Origin: Macrostomum lignano | Lineage: Eukaryota | DNA length: 64,000 nucleotides | Assembly: GCA_002269645.1 (NCBI GenBank) | Contig: NIVC01002519.1 | Coordinates: 62,001-126,000, forward strand | Reading direction: 5' to 3' | Part shown: positions 1 to 12,050 of the stretch, piece by piece | Layout: each line of letters opens with the position of its first letter | Numbering within the stretch: position 1 is the first letter of the stretch | The notes under the pieces: model-generated | Databases searched by the model: none | What the model was told of the DNA's origin: nothing | What the model saw: the letters and a program-made list of their open reading frames with translations, nothing else | Program-made: the position numbers and the translations under genes

Positions 1-149
1 CATGCTAGTAAAATTTAACAAGATATTTCAAGTATTTCAGTCTGCAGCAGACCCATTCACTTAGCATCTTCATCCTGTTTCAAACTTTACCGTAATCCAG
101 TACGTATGCACAGCGAGCAAAAAGAGAAAAAGCCAATAAATAGTTTGAG

Positions 150-600
150 ATTTCCTCTTGCCCGCTTGTGTCTGACTTTGCCTTCTCTCTCCTTACTGCT
201 CCCTCATTTAAGAGTCAGATTGGACCTGCCCCCCCCCCTAGGCGTCCGTCTCATTTGACCTCTGTCCTTACTGCTCTCTCATTGGCTGAGCTGATTGGGC
301 CTGCCCCCTAGGATGAATTTCGCCCGTCTGACTTTGACCTCTCTCCTTACTGCTCTCTCATTGGCTGAGCTGATTGGGCCTGCCCCCTAGGATGAATTTC
401 GCCCGTCTGACTTTGACCTCTCTCCTTACTGCTCTCTCATTGGCTGAGCTGATTGGGCCTGTCCCCTAGGATGAATTTCGCCCGTCTGACTTTGACCTCT
501 CTCCTTACTGCTCTCTCATTGGCTGAGCTGATTGGGCTTGCCCCTAGGCAGAGTTTCGTTCCTCTGACTTTGACCTCTCTCCTGTTTCATTGGCTAAGCT
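150..600 (+). repeat. 79-bp tandem repeat array with two ATTGG (CCAAT-box) motifs per unit
   Basis: Unit GATGAATTTCGCCCGTCTGACTTTGACC...CATTGGCTGAGCTGATTGGGCCTGCCCCCTAG recurs at 312, 391 and 470, with degenerate flanking copies. Confidence 0.9.
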
Positions 601-1424
601 ATATTGATCCTGCATGTCATTTCCAATCTAGGCGCTGTGGTTGCAAACTAGTTAGGATGTAACAAATTCCAGTTATTTTTTAGTCTTCAGGTCCTCTTTC
701 TATCAGTAGTGCAGGATAAAAAGTTACAATTAACTTACTAATTAGTTGAGGCAAAGGCGAATTTGCTAGCGTATTTCCAACTGCTTCTATTTCTTTCATT
801 TTTAACTTTTTCATTGATAAAGTTTCATCTCCGCTAGTCAGTTAGCAGATAAAAAAATTGCCTTGATTTATTATGTACATTTGCGTGATTTTTTGGTGTT
901 GTTTATGATATATGATATGCTGCTGTACCCAGTAAATTTAAATCGGATATTCCCTTCATTGGATATTTATGTTACTCCTGTAGCAGATGGTTGCAACCAT
1001 CTATTATATGTACGTACTTAACTGAAAATTTGCGAGTATCACTTAAAGCAGTTTAATTAGACAAAAATTATGACATGAAGTCACATTGGTACTGTGATGT
1101 ATTTTTCTAATGCAACAGCTGTTTGTTTAGTCAAAGTTTGGGCTTAATTTCTATTCTTATTGGTACTTAATTTTTGTTATGCAAACAAATTTGTCTACAC
1201 ACAGCACGTTTGGTTACACAGTTTCATGTTATAAAATACTAATTATAATTGGATTTTGCGCACGACTTCTTTTTTCTGGGCCATATGTTTCTAATTTTTA
1301 ATGAGAATTCTACTTTGCATCGTAGCCCACCTGCACAAAATTATTCACTTCTTTTAACTTTTCAGTTTTTGTCAAGAAACATGCGTTCTCTTTGTTTTAT
1401 TTCATGGTGGCAATCTAGGGAGAT

Positions 1425-1650
1425 CTAGAGAGACAGCTGTGGCCATCTGAGAGTCTAGAGAGACAGCTGTGGCCATCTGAGAGTCTAGAGAGACAGGTGT
1501 GGCCATCTGAGAGTCTAGAGAGACAGCTGTGGCCATCTGAGAGTCTAGAGAGACAGCTGTGGCCATCTGAGAGTCTAGAGAGACAGCTGTGGCCATCTGA
1601 GAGTCTAGAGAGACAGCTGTGACATTATCCCAGCATGAGTCTAGAGAGAC
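1425..1650. repeat. 30-bp minisatellite
   Basis: Unit CTAGAGAGACAGCTGTGGCCATCTGAGAGT repeated about 7 times. Confidence 0.95.
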
Positions 1651-1736
1651 AAAAGTACATGTAATACTTTTGCTAATACAAAAATAAGTTCACAACACAC
1701 TCTGATGCATGCCGGGCGAATTCATCAATAGTGATT

Positions 1737-2201
1737 ATGTCAGTACGCAGCAAGCTGGGCCTCATCAGGCGTATGCCTCGGATAGATCTGTACGGCCCCA
1801 GAGCTACCGAACGCTTTGATCCTCAGGGCGAGAGGCACTGGACTAAACGGTATCAATTTGGCGGCAGCGAAGAATGGGGCGAGCGTTGGGGCGAGCGGCA
1901 GAGCTTCCTGCCTATTGGCAATCACGTGCGCAAGATGCCGTTCTATCTGGCCATACCAAGCGAGCCGTACAATGCCGACTGGCTGCACCGGCGGGAGCTA
2001 GTCCGCATCAGCCTGCTGGACCTGCAGCGGCTGGTTGACCTGGGCCGGATTGATCCTAGCAAGCCGGTGCGTGCTGGGTTGCTAGATTGATGGATGATAG
2101 ATAGATAGATACATAGATAGATAGATAGATAGGTAGATAGATAGATGGATAGGTAGATAGATAGATAGGTAGGTAGATAGATAGATAGGTAGGTACGTAG
2201 G

Positions 2202-2236
<35 letters not shown>

Positions 2237-2357
2237 GTAGGTAGATAGATAGATAGGTAGATAGATAGGTAGGTAGATAGATAGATGGATAGATAGGTAG
2301 ATAGATAGATAGGTAGATAGATAGGTAGGTAGATAGATAGATAGGTAGGTACGTAGG

Positions 2358-2400
<43 letters not shown>

Positions 2401-2449
2401 GTAGGTAGATAGATAGATGGATAGATAGATAGATAGATAGATAGGTAGG

Positions 2450-2499
<50 letters not shown>

Positions 2500-3163
2500 C
2501 GTAGGTAGGTAGATAGATAGATAGGTAGATAGATAGATTACTCGTAGTAGTTAGAATTGATTGCTTGATTGATGGATTAATATATTGATAGACAGCTCAA
2601 CTGGACCCCGCCCTCAGGTGGACCTCACCGACATCGCTGCCACCCGACTGTTCCCGCTGAAAGACCGCCAATACGGCTACCAGCTCACTGACGACGCAGG
2701 CTTGGATAACCTGACGGCCAGGTTCGCCCGCCTTGAGGTTCAGCACGCCTCGGAGGCGGCCATCGCTGCCATCGAACGCAGCGGCGGTCGCATAGTCTGC
2801 CGGTTCTACGATCTGAGCAGCATTGCCGCTAAATCCGATCCCAGAGCATTCTTTGCCACGGGCCAACCGCTGCCAGCCTGCAAGCTGCCGCCGGTCTCGG
2901 CCATAGACTATTACTCCAGCGCCGAGTCGCGCGGCTATCTGGCTAATCCGGCCGATATTGACAGGTGCAGAGACGAATTGGCTCAAAAGTATGGCTACAG
3001 TTTATCCACTGATTCAATTAAACATGAGGATCAGCAATGGGAGAAATCTCCCAGGCAAATATTCGCGGGACTTCAGCCTGGCAGCGTTGTTAGCGTGGCG
3101 GATAGGCTGGTGTACAAGCCTCTAAGTGCTGACGTGTTGGCTCACTATCAACGGCCTGTTTGA
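1737..3163 (+). CDS. MRPL15: Mitochondrial ribosomal protein uL15m, 2 exons (1737-2066, 2618-3163)
   Basis: Donor GTGCGT at 2067 and acceptor CTCAG at 2617 give a phase-0 join ...GRIDPSKP|VDLT. Motifs [48 protein letters not shown] and PRQIFAGL match metazoan MRPL15. Confidence 0.92.
2092..2540. repeat. (GATA/GGTA)n microsatellite in the MRPL15 intron
   Basis: Directly visible tetranucleotide run. Confidence 0.97.
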
Positions 3164-3344
3164 CTTGGATTCACGCAAATATATAAGGATTTATTTATCA
3201 GCTAACAGTCTTTGTTTGTGCTAGCTAGTTTAATTATTGAATTTGTAGTTTTATAAAATAGTGAAATGTGGGGTTTTATAGTTTGACATGAGGGATAAAT
3301 AGAATTTAGATACATTAAAGCCCTGACATTCCTCTAGGTTTCTG

Positions 3345-3650
3345 AGATCAAGTTTAGAGACATCAGAGGAGTGACATCTAGGTTTAAGGACCTCAGAGGA
3401 GTGACATCTAGGTTTAGGGACCTCAGAGGAGTGACATCTAGGTTTAGGGACTTCAGAGGAGTGACATCTAGGTTTAGGGACTTCAGAGGAGTGACATCTA
3501 GGTTTAAGGACTTCAGAGGAGTGACATCTAGGTTTAAGGACTTCAGAGGAGTGACATCTAGGTTTAAGGACCTCAGAGGAGTGACATCTAGGTTTAAGGA
3601 CCTTAGAGGAGTGACATCTAAGTTTAGGGACTTCAGAGGAGTGATAAATA
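3345..3650. repeat. 24-bp minisatellite
   Basis: Unit GACTTCAGAGGAGTGACATCTAGGTTTA(A/G)G-type core repeated about 12 times. Confidence 0.93.
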
Positions 3651-4285
3651 AGTTGATTTGTTTATCTGAGACCTTTAAAGTCACCACTACGCATTTCTAG
3701 CAGTCAAACGTTAACATCTTTAGTCGACTGTGTTACCGTATTGACGTTTTCATTCATTGTATTGAGTAGGCCCACAGCACCATTTTGTAACTGAGCGTCT
3801 CAAAGTTGACAATAGTAGGTTAAAAATGAACTAGGTGCGATTTCTATGAAAATTGTTTTTTGTAAACTTTGTGGCTTTAAATTATTTTAAACTAAAACTC
3901 GCACTGTACTACTGAGCTTTTGGAATGCTGATTTCTGTTCACCGGTTTTGCAGGTGTATTATTTGTTTGTTTCATAATTCAGTGAGATTAAGCTGAAATA
4001 TACGCGCTTCTAAGTTTGCACAATGCAGTGTCAAGTATATTTTCTTATGCATTCAGAATAAATAAGATTACGAAAACAGTAAAGACTCTTGTTTAAAATT
4101 TGGCATTTGTTTAAAAAGAGTGGAACAATTTTCCAAGAAATCTGCATCCCCAGCAACTCACGGTAACGATGATCAACAGTGCACATGTAGAAAACGAAAT
4201 TTTTTATTTTCGTTTTCTCCATTCGTCATTTTATTTCCTCATATTGTAACGTAAATTTCGTGCAACTATTTCACCATAATCAGCT

Positions 4286-4637
4286 CAAGGACTACTCAAA
4301 AAGGACGAGAAACTAAATTTCTTGGGAAATTTTAGAAGACAGGTTTTACCGAAAAAAATACATTACAAGAGATGAGAGGTTTTCATTTTTTCAGCACAAA
4401 ACACTGTTATTGATTTTGATAGAGGACAGACCCAATGTGTCATCTGGCAATGGCACGGCTCTACTAATTGATTTTAGTTAGAGACATAATCAAAAGATGA
4501 ACACTGGGTCTCTCTCCTTTCAAAAGCAATAACACAATTTTGGTGTTTAAAAAATCGATATTTTCGGTGAAAGTAAAACCTGCCAACCTAAAAATTTCCT
4601 AGAAATGTAGCTTCCCGTCCTACTTGAGTAGTTCTTG
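4286..4637. mobile_element. MITE with CAAGG-type termini, P-superfamily-like, degenerate
   Basis: TIRs CAAGGACTACTCAA / TTGAGTAGTTCTTG. Flanks AATCAGCT (4278-4285) and AATCAGAG (4638-4645) form an imperfect 8-bp TSD. Related to the element at 49158-49855. Confidence 0.7.
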
Positions 4638-5290
4638 AATCAGAGCATTAATTAATTAATTAATTACAGCGATTAGTCTTTAAATCCAGTGTATAGTAGT
4701 CTGTATTAGCCAATTTGTGTGCGCGTGTTTGTGTGTGTAAAATGTGTTGTTGTAATCTGCTGCAATTGCTAGGTATAGGCTAAGGTACGCTATGACTCTG
4801 CACGGGGTGTACTCTATTTGTGTGTCCTACGCTTGTATGCGCCTAAGGGTTTTGGGCCTCGGATTTTACTTGGAAAATCCGACCTTGCAATTTCTCTCTC
4901 TCTTACCCAATCAGCGCGCTTCAGATAAAAGACTGAGGCAAAGATTTTTTGTAAAGACTGAATTAGGATGCCCTTAGCTGTAGATAGACGTTAAGAGACA
5001 TGAACTAGCCGTCTAGCCCTATACGTTCCTATGCCCTTACATGATTTGAGTTTGAGCAAGATTCTTAGAAATATCAATATATTAGTCGACATCAAAAGCA
5101 TTTTTCGCTATGTACAATTAATAGCTATACGGATAGTTCTATATATATAAGCGAAAAATGCTCTTTCAGCCACTGCTACAACCATTGCGATTACATAGTT
5201 TACGCAGCAGCTTAGCGACAATAAAAGTTTTAATAGTCTTTAACTTATTATTATAAAATTTCTTATTGCCTGCAGTGTGGTCTTCGTCAA

Positions 5291-7895
5291 ATGGCCTCTG
5301 ACGAAGTGCGCACTTTCTGCAGTCTACCGTCAGCTTCGCAAAAGGCCCTGCTAGCTTATCCGGACCTGGTGAACCGGTGCCTCAACTGGTATGCTAGCAC
5401 CGGTTCGGCTAGGGACAGCTTGTTGAGTCTGTTGGACTCGTGTCCGGAGCTGCTAACCGCAGTCGATAATCGGACCTACCGCGAGAGTGCGCTTGGCTAC
5501 GCCTTGCTGAAGAAGCGAATCGATACTTGCTGGCACATGATCAGCATTGCTGATCGGTGAGACGCCCCTGTCAATATACATCTCCTATTTACATAATTAG
5601 TCATTCTCATTTTCTGTCTTACTCATTTTACCCTGCATAATTTAGGCATGGAATTGCTCAAACTGTGCTGCGTCATAGAAATTCGTCTGGCCACACATTG
5701 CTCATGTTTGCCATCGATTTGGATACGGAAGCTGAAGGCGGTCCGCTTATTGAAAGACTTCTTGACGAGTGGCCTGAGCAGGTTTGTTTACCTGATATCC
5801 TGAGCTCAATAAGCCGTTTAACGTAATTTGTTAATTCTGACTCACTTGATTGCACTATTGTTGCAACACACTGACTCATTTGATTGCATTCATTGCTGCA
5901 ACACACTGACTCACGTGATTGAATCATTGCTGCAACACACTGACTCACTTGATTGCATCATTGCTGCAACACACTGACTCACGTGATTGAATCATTGCTG
6001 CAACACACTGACTCACTTGATTGCATCATTGCTGCAACACACTGACTCACGTGATTGAATCATTGCTGCAACACACTGACTCACTTGATTGAATCATTGC
6101 TGCAACACACTGACTCACTTGATTGCATCATTGCTGCAACACACTGACTCACTTGATTGAATCATTGCTGCAACACACTGACTCACTTGATTGCATTTAT
6201 TGCTGCAACACACTGACTCACGTGATTGAATCATTGCTGCAACACTGACTCACTTGATTGCACTATTGTTGCAACACACTGACTCATTTGATTGCATTCA
6301 TTGCTGCAACACACTGACTCACGTGATTGAATCATTGCTGCAACACACTGACTCACGTGATTGAATCATTGCTGCAACACACTGACTCACGTGATTGAAT
6401 CATTGCTGCAACACACTGACTCACGTGATTGCATTATTGCTGCAACACACTGACTCACGTGATTGCATTATTGCTGCAACACACTGACTCACGTGATTGC
6501 ATCATTGCTGCAACACACTGACTCACGTGATTGCATCATTGCTGCAACACACTGACTCACGTGATTGCATCATTGCTGCAACACACTGACTCACGTGATT
6601 GCATTATTGCTGCAACACACTGACTCACGTGATTGAATCATTGCTGCAACACTGACTCACGTGATTGCATCATTGCTGCAACACTGACTCACGTGATTGA
6701 ATCATTGCTGCAACACTGACTCACTTGATTGCATTCATTTATGCAACACTGACTCACTTGATTGCATCATTGCTGCAACACTGACTCACGTGATTGCATC
6801 ATTGCTGCAACACTGACTCACTTGATTGCATCATTGCTGCAACACACTGACTCACGTGATTGCACCATTGTTGCAACAACCTGACCTGACTTCCATCCAT
6901 CCCCAAACGGATCCCGCTAGGTGCACACCTGCTACGATACTGAAGGTCGCAACGTTCTTCATCACTGCGCCGCTGATGGCCGGTGCAACTCACTTCGCGT
7001 CATCCTTCGCTGCCTGCTTACCAAATTTGGATCAGCGGCGCAATGCCCCTCGCTAGCGCTGACGGCTGCGGCTTCAGCATTCAGCGTGCCGGACAGTGTT
7101 GAAAGTCTAACCCCGATTCACTACATGGCCAAGTCTTGCCGGCTTGACCTGCTTCAAGTTGTTGCAGAATTTGCTTCAACAGCTCAATTAGTTATTAATT
7201 TCGACCAGCCCTGGCCAACCGGACACACGCCGCTGTGCTTGGCCGCCGTTGCAGAGTTCGCCTCTCCAACCCAGAAACTTGGCGTCTGTCGCTGGCTGGT
7301 TGAGAGTGTCGGTGCCAACCCACGAACAGCTTTGTCGAGTGTTGCAGGCAATTCGGCAGCAAAGTCTTTGTTCAATCAGTTGGTTGCGGAATTTCCCGAT
7401 TCGGCATTCTGCGATTCCGAAGACGACAACGATGAAGAGCCGGACAATGAAGCTGACGAGTCCGAGGAAGAAGCGAAAGCAGAAGACCAATCGAAGTTGC
7501 AAGTTGATGCCGCTATTAGCCAAGTTGAACGACTTGGCTTTGTTGATAAGAAAAATAGTGAGCAAAATTTTCAATTATCCAATCTGGCTCGGCGGCAACT
7601 TGCAGACGACCTGAGGAGTGCTGGAAGCGTTGACGATTCCAGCAGATTTATTGATGCCCTGCTGGCCAGCTGCCCGACACTGTCGGGTACCAGAGGCTTT
7701 TTGCAACAGTCAGCTGAGCCTGTCCTACTGTGTCTGAGTCTGCTGGCTGCCGATTCAAGCTGCAGTAGGTCTGGCGAGACTGGCCATCCAGGCAGCTTGC
7801 GGCTGGCAATCCAAACTGCTCTGAGACACATCGGCCGGACCGATTTGATGCATATTTTAACAGACAACTCAGATAATTTGACTTCTGACCTGTAG
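5291..7895 (+). CDS. Ankyrin-repeat protein with acidic linker and C-terminal death-domain-like region, about 458 aa, 3 exons (5291-5556, 5646-5781, 6921-7895)
   Basis: GT-AG junctions keep the frame (phases 2 and 0). Ankyrin-type motifs RESALGYAL, GHTLLMFAI, GRNVLHHCAADG, TPIHYMA and GHTPLCLAA. The C-terminus ALRHIGRTDLMHIL resembles the last helices of a death domain. Confidence 0.8.
5850..6880. repeat. 32-34-bp minisatellite filling intron 2 of the ankyrin gene
   Basis: Unit TTGCTGCAACACACTGACTCAC(G/T)TGATTG(A/C)ATCA repeated about 30 times. Confidence 0.95.
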
Positions 7896-8104
7896 CATTG
7901 ATACTGCATGGTGTACACGCAGTCTCAAGTGTGCAGCATTTCGTGTGCGAAATATAGAGAATTTCTTACTGTATACTCACTGTCAACTAGGAGGTCAGTT
8001 TCGGTCTAAAAACGTAGTTAAGCATGTTTTAGTGCCATCAAAGCAGCCAAATTATTACACACACCCAGATTAAGTGCCAAGCATGTGAAAAACTGTGATT
8101 AATA

Positions 8105-8710
8105 AATTTATATAGCATTTTTCAAGCCAATTAAGTCTAGGAGCAAGCAATTTAATCCTCATTGGGAGAATCAAGCTATTAAAGACTTGCTTTTCATTGT
8201 CTGTGGCCCGAAAGGGGGGTCTATGGAGCAACCAATTTGAGAATTTGGGCGCGCTATTAATCCTTTTCACAGTTGTGCAAGCCTTAGACCATAGAAAATA
8301 ACAGATTTCATTAGACAAAGATAGATATGGCAGACGAAGAATTTAGCGAGCACCAGTGGCGTAGCCAGCGGGGGGGTGAGATTGAGCGCGGCGGGTACCA
8401 AAAACCATGAGGCAATTGAGTGCCTGCGGCGCTAAAATGAGTGCCTGCGGCGCCAAAATCTGTGCCTGCGGCATCTCTGAAATCAAAGTGTTAATGTCAA
8501 TCGTTTTTTATATGCTATCTAGTTGCTGACGTTATTTCAGTGAAGTTTATTCGTGAAGGATATAACGAGCATTGTGAAAGGGATTATTTGCGCCCAGATT
8601 CTCAAATTTGTTGTCCCATAGACAATGAAAAACAAGTCTTTAATAGCTTGATTCTCTCAATGGGGATTAAATTGCTTGCTCAGTTGGTTTGGAAAATGCT
8701 ATATTTTTAT
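8105..8710. mobile_element. Foldback/MITE-like element with ~150-bp inverted arms and an internal hAT-like fragment
   Basis: 8105-8255 is the reverse complement of ~8590-8710 (GCAAGCAATTTAATCC...AGCTATTAAAGACTTG). The interior has CAGTGGCGTAGCCAG and GTGCCTGCGGCGC repeats also seen at 39990-40070. Confidence 0.6.
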
Positions 8711-9669
8711 CCACTGCCAACTTTCCTGTTCTATTATTCGTCGTAAGTTAATTATATGCCTATTATTTTTGCAACCCGTTTTGTAGTCCATTATTTACAC
8801 GCTTTGAATTCAATCCAAGGTATGTTGGTCAAAGCAATGGAGCAATAAGTTTCACCCCTAGATTCTCATTTAGACATGGCACAAGCAAGCAGTGAGGAAA
8901 AAAGCAATGCAATTCATTTCAAACTTCATTTGTTGCATATAGACACAAACTTCATTACTTATTGAATTCAATGGTTGTGAGCTAAAATGGTCTGCAAAAA
9001 GCGACAACTAAATAAGAACCAAATATAGTTTCTACATTTGATATCTTCAAATTTGTTAAAATATAACGTCTTCGGAATTTCCGGGTTTGTACTTTCTTAT
9101 TGTACCTATAGCCATTGAACAAAAAACTTAAGCATTCATTCTTCAGAAAAAAATTCAGTAAGTTACCAGGGTATGTTTGCACTTCTCATTAAAACAACTG
9201 TTAGGACCGAAATTGCTCTAAATTTATACCGGATGCAAATCTATTATTACGTGTATATGGAATTAATAATCTTACACGTACATACACTAATTATAGTTAA
9301 GCGTCTTTCACTTTATTTGTTCATATTTTTTCATACTTTTGTTGACTATACTTTAACAAAAATCATTTAGCTAAAATAATACATGCCTTTAGTGCTAACT
9401 TATAATAAATAGTACCTGATGTTTATTTGCATGCACTTGTAAAATTAAAATGCAAATACAGGATTGACAATTTGTCAATTTTTTGTCAAAATATAAACTA
9501 TTTCTTATTCAAATTAATTTGCAACTTGACTGCCATAAATAGATTGCTGTCTATTTAGATTGCTGTCTATTGTCTCTACCATATGGATATGCTAGAGTTT
9601 GGGATTTGGTTGGGTTTTATTAATGTTAATAGAATTATATTTAGGATTATGGCTGGATTGGCAATCATA

Positions 9670-10260
9670 TTGTCACTGACTATCAATTGTCACTGGCAGT
9701 CAAATTGTCACTGACAGTCAAATGTCACTGACAGTCAAATGTCACTGGCAGTCAATTGTCACTGACACTGACAATCAAATTGTCACTGACAGTCAATTGT
9801 CACTGGCAGTCAATGACACTGACAGTCAAATGACAGACAATCAAATTGTCACTGACAGTCAATTGTCACTGGCAGTCAAATGACACTGACAATCAAATTG
9901 TTACTGACAGTCATATTGTCACTGACTATCAATTGTCACTGGCAGTCAAATTGTCACTGACAGTCAAATGTCACTGACAGTCAAATGTCACTGGCAGTCA
10001 ATTGTCACTGACACTGACAATCAAATTGTCACTGGCAGTCAAATGACACTGACAGTCAAATGACACTGACAGTCAAATGAAACTGACAGTCAAATGACAG
10101 ACAATCAAATTGTCACTGACAGTCAATTGTCACTGGCAGTCAAATGACACTGACAGTCAAATGACACTGACAGTCAAATGACACTGACAATCAAATTGTT
10201 ACTGACAGTCAAATTGTCACTGTCAGTCAATTGTCACTACAGTCAAATGACAGTCAAATT
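9670..10260. repeat. Complex 11-22-bp minisatellite (TGTCACTGACAGTCAAA)
   Basis: Directly visible, immediately upstream of SDHAF1. Confidence 0.93.
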
Positions 10261-10381
10261 CCATTTACATTATTTCAAGTGTAGCTCCCAGCTACATGTA
10301 CTTCACAGTTTCCATAGCAATTCTCTAAACAGTTATTTTCCCATTGCAGCCAGGCTTTCCTGTCAATCAACCGATCGCTCC

Positions 10382-10660
10382 ATGCCACCAGGCGGCAAGA
10401 TCAGGCAGACGGTGCTGCAGCTCTATCGAGACTTTCTCCGGCTCGGCCGCCAGAAGCCGGGAGTGGCCGACTTGGCCAAACGGGAATTCCGCCGGCAAAG
10501 CCGCATTCCGGCCAGCGATGTTGTCCGGATTGAACAGCAGGTGCGAAGAGGCAAACACCTGCTCGCTACTTTAAGTAGCCAACACGTGACTGGTATTGGT
10601 AGCATGGGGCCGCCTGTGCAGTCAAAGATTGACCCGGCTTCTACGGCTTCTAAATCTTGA
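10382..10660 (+). CDS. SDHAF1: Succinate dehydrogenase assembly factor 1 (LYR family), 92 aa, single coding exon
   Basis: MPPGGKIRQTVLQLYRDFLRLGRQKPG...REFRRQSRIPASDVVRIEQQVRRG matches the SDHAF1 pattern (VLSLYRDLLRAGRGKPG...EFR...SDVLRIE...RRG). ATG at 10382, acceptor TTGCAG at 10349. Confidence 0.88.
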   Translation: MPPGGKIRQTVLQLYRDFLRLGRQKPGVADLAKREFRRQSRIPASDVVRIEQQVRRGKHLLATLSSQHVTGIGSMGPPVQSKIDPASTASKS

Positions 10661-11479
10661 ACTAATGTTTTTTGTAAATTAACAATTCATCGTTAACAAG
10701 GATGTGCAAAATCAAGCTCATTAAATTTTATTGTTAAACAGTAAAACTGCAGGTTGCTAAAGTAAAAAAAACAGTGAAAGCAGTTTCTTTGTTTATTTTA
10801 ATTTAACCAACGTTACATTAATTACTCTGTACAGTTATATGCATGGGATACTTGATTTTCGACTTAGCTTAATTGTGTCAGTTTAAACTCCCACAGGACC
10901 TGCAAAAAAATGATTATTTAAAACTGTTCAGTGTTTCAGCTCAAGTAATTCATTTGCTTGAAAAGTCCTTTTTACTATTAATAATCTCGGTTTGCTTGAA
11001 GGATCCGTTTAGCAGACAAATAAAAAAGGAAGTAACCGTAACTAAATTATCAAAGCACAATCATTGTTCAAGAAGCTTAAAGCAGTACGAGCGTATAAAC
11101 AACGCAGAAATCAAAAAAAGTGGCGTTATTATTTCATTTAAACATTAAAAAGCTACAACTTGTGATTGTAGGAGCACAAAGCAATTAAAGCGTTAAGAAA
11201 ATAATCTTTCCCGTTGTTGGTTTCAGGCCAATCTGAGTTCCTTTCCCTGCTTTTTTAATTTTAACCACAGATACTACAGTAACTAGATATGCCTCTCGCA
11301 ATTAAATTTATGAAAAAGTAGAGCGTAAATGTATGCTTTTTCAGTAGTTCATCTGCGCAGTGGCACTTAAATTTAATTTAAATTGGCAGCTAAAATTCCC
11401 TTACTTTCTTCGGGCTTTCGACCTCCTAGAGCATATCCGGTTAATAATGAGCAAGCTGTTAATACGCTGTACACAAGTA

Positions 11480-12050
11480 AACGCGAGACGGACGAAACTC
11501 AGCCTAGGGGCAAGGCCCAATCTAGCTCAGCCAATCAGAGAGCAGTGAGGAGAGGGGGCAAGTCAGACGGACGAAACTATGCCTAGGGGGTAAGGCCCAA
11601 TCTAGCTCAGCCAATGAGAGAGCAGTGAGGAGAGGGGGCAAGTCAGACGGACGAAACTATGCCTAGGGGGTAAGGCCCAATCTAGCTCAGCCAATGAGAG
11701 AGCAGTGAGGAGAGGGGGCAAGTCAGACGGACGAAACTATGCCTAGGGGGTAAGGCCCAATCTAGCTCAGCCAATTAGAGAGCAGTGAGGAGAGGGGCAA
11801 GTCAGACGGACGAAACTATGCCTAGGGGGTAAGGCCCAATCTAGCTCAGCCAATGAGAGAGCAGTGAGGAGAGGGGGCAAGTCAGACGGACGAAACTATG
11901 CCTAGGGGCAGGCCCAATCTAGCTCAAGCCAATGAGAGAGCAGTGAGGAGAGAGAGCAAGTCAGACGGACGAAAGTCAGCCTTGGGGGGCCAATCTATTG
12001 TAGCTCGGCCACAATGAGAGGGCAGTAATGAGAGAGGGCAAGAGGGGTGC
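11480..12050 (-). repeat. 80-bp tandem repeat array, same family as 150-600 in opposite orientation
   Basis: The reverse complement of the unit (GTTTCGTCCGTCTGACTTG...CTCTCATTGGCTGAGCTAGATTGGGCC) matches the 79-bp unit. About 6 copies. Confidence 0.9.

Noticed and set aside
5850-6880. CRISPR array (also considered for other 24-34-bp repeats)
   Set aside because: Units are head-to-tail without unique spacers, there are no cas genes, and the context is a eukaryotic intron.
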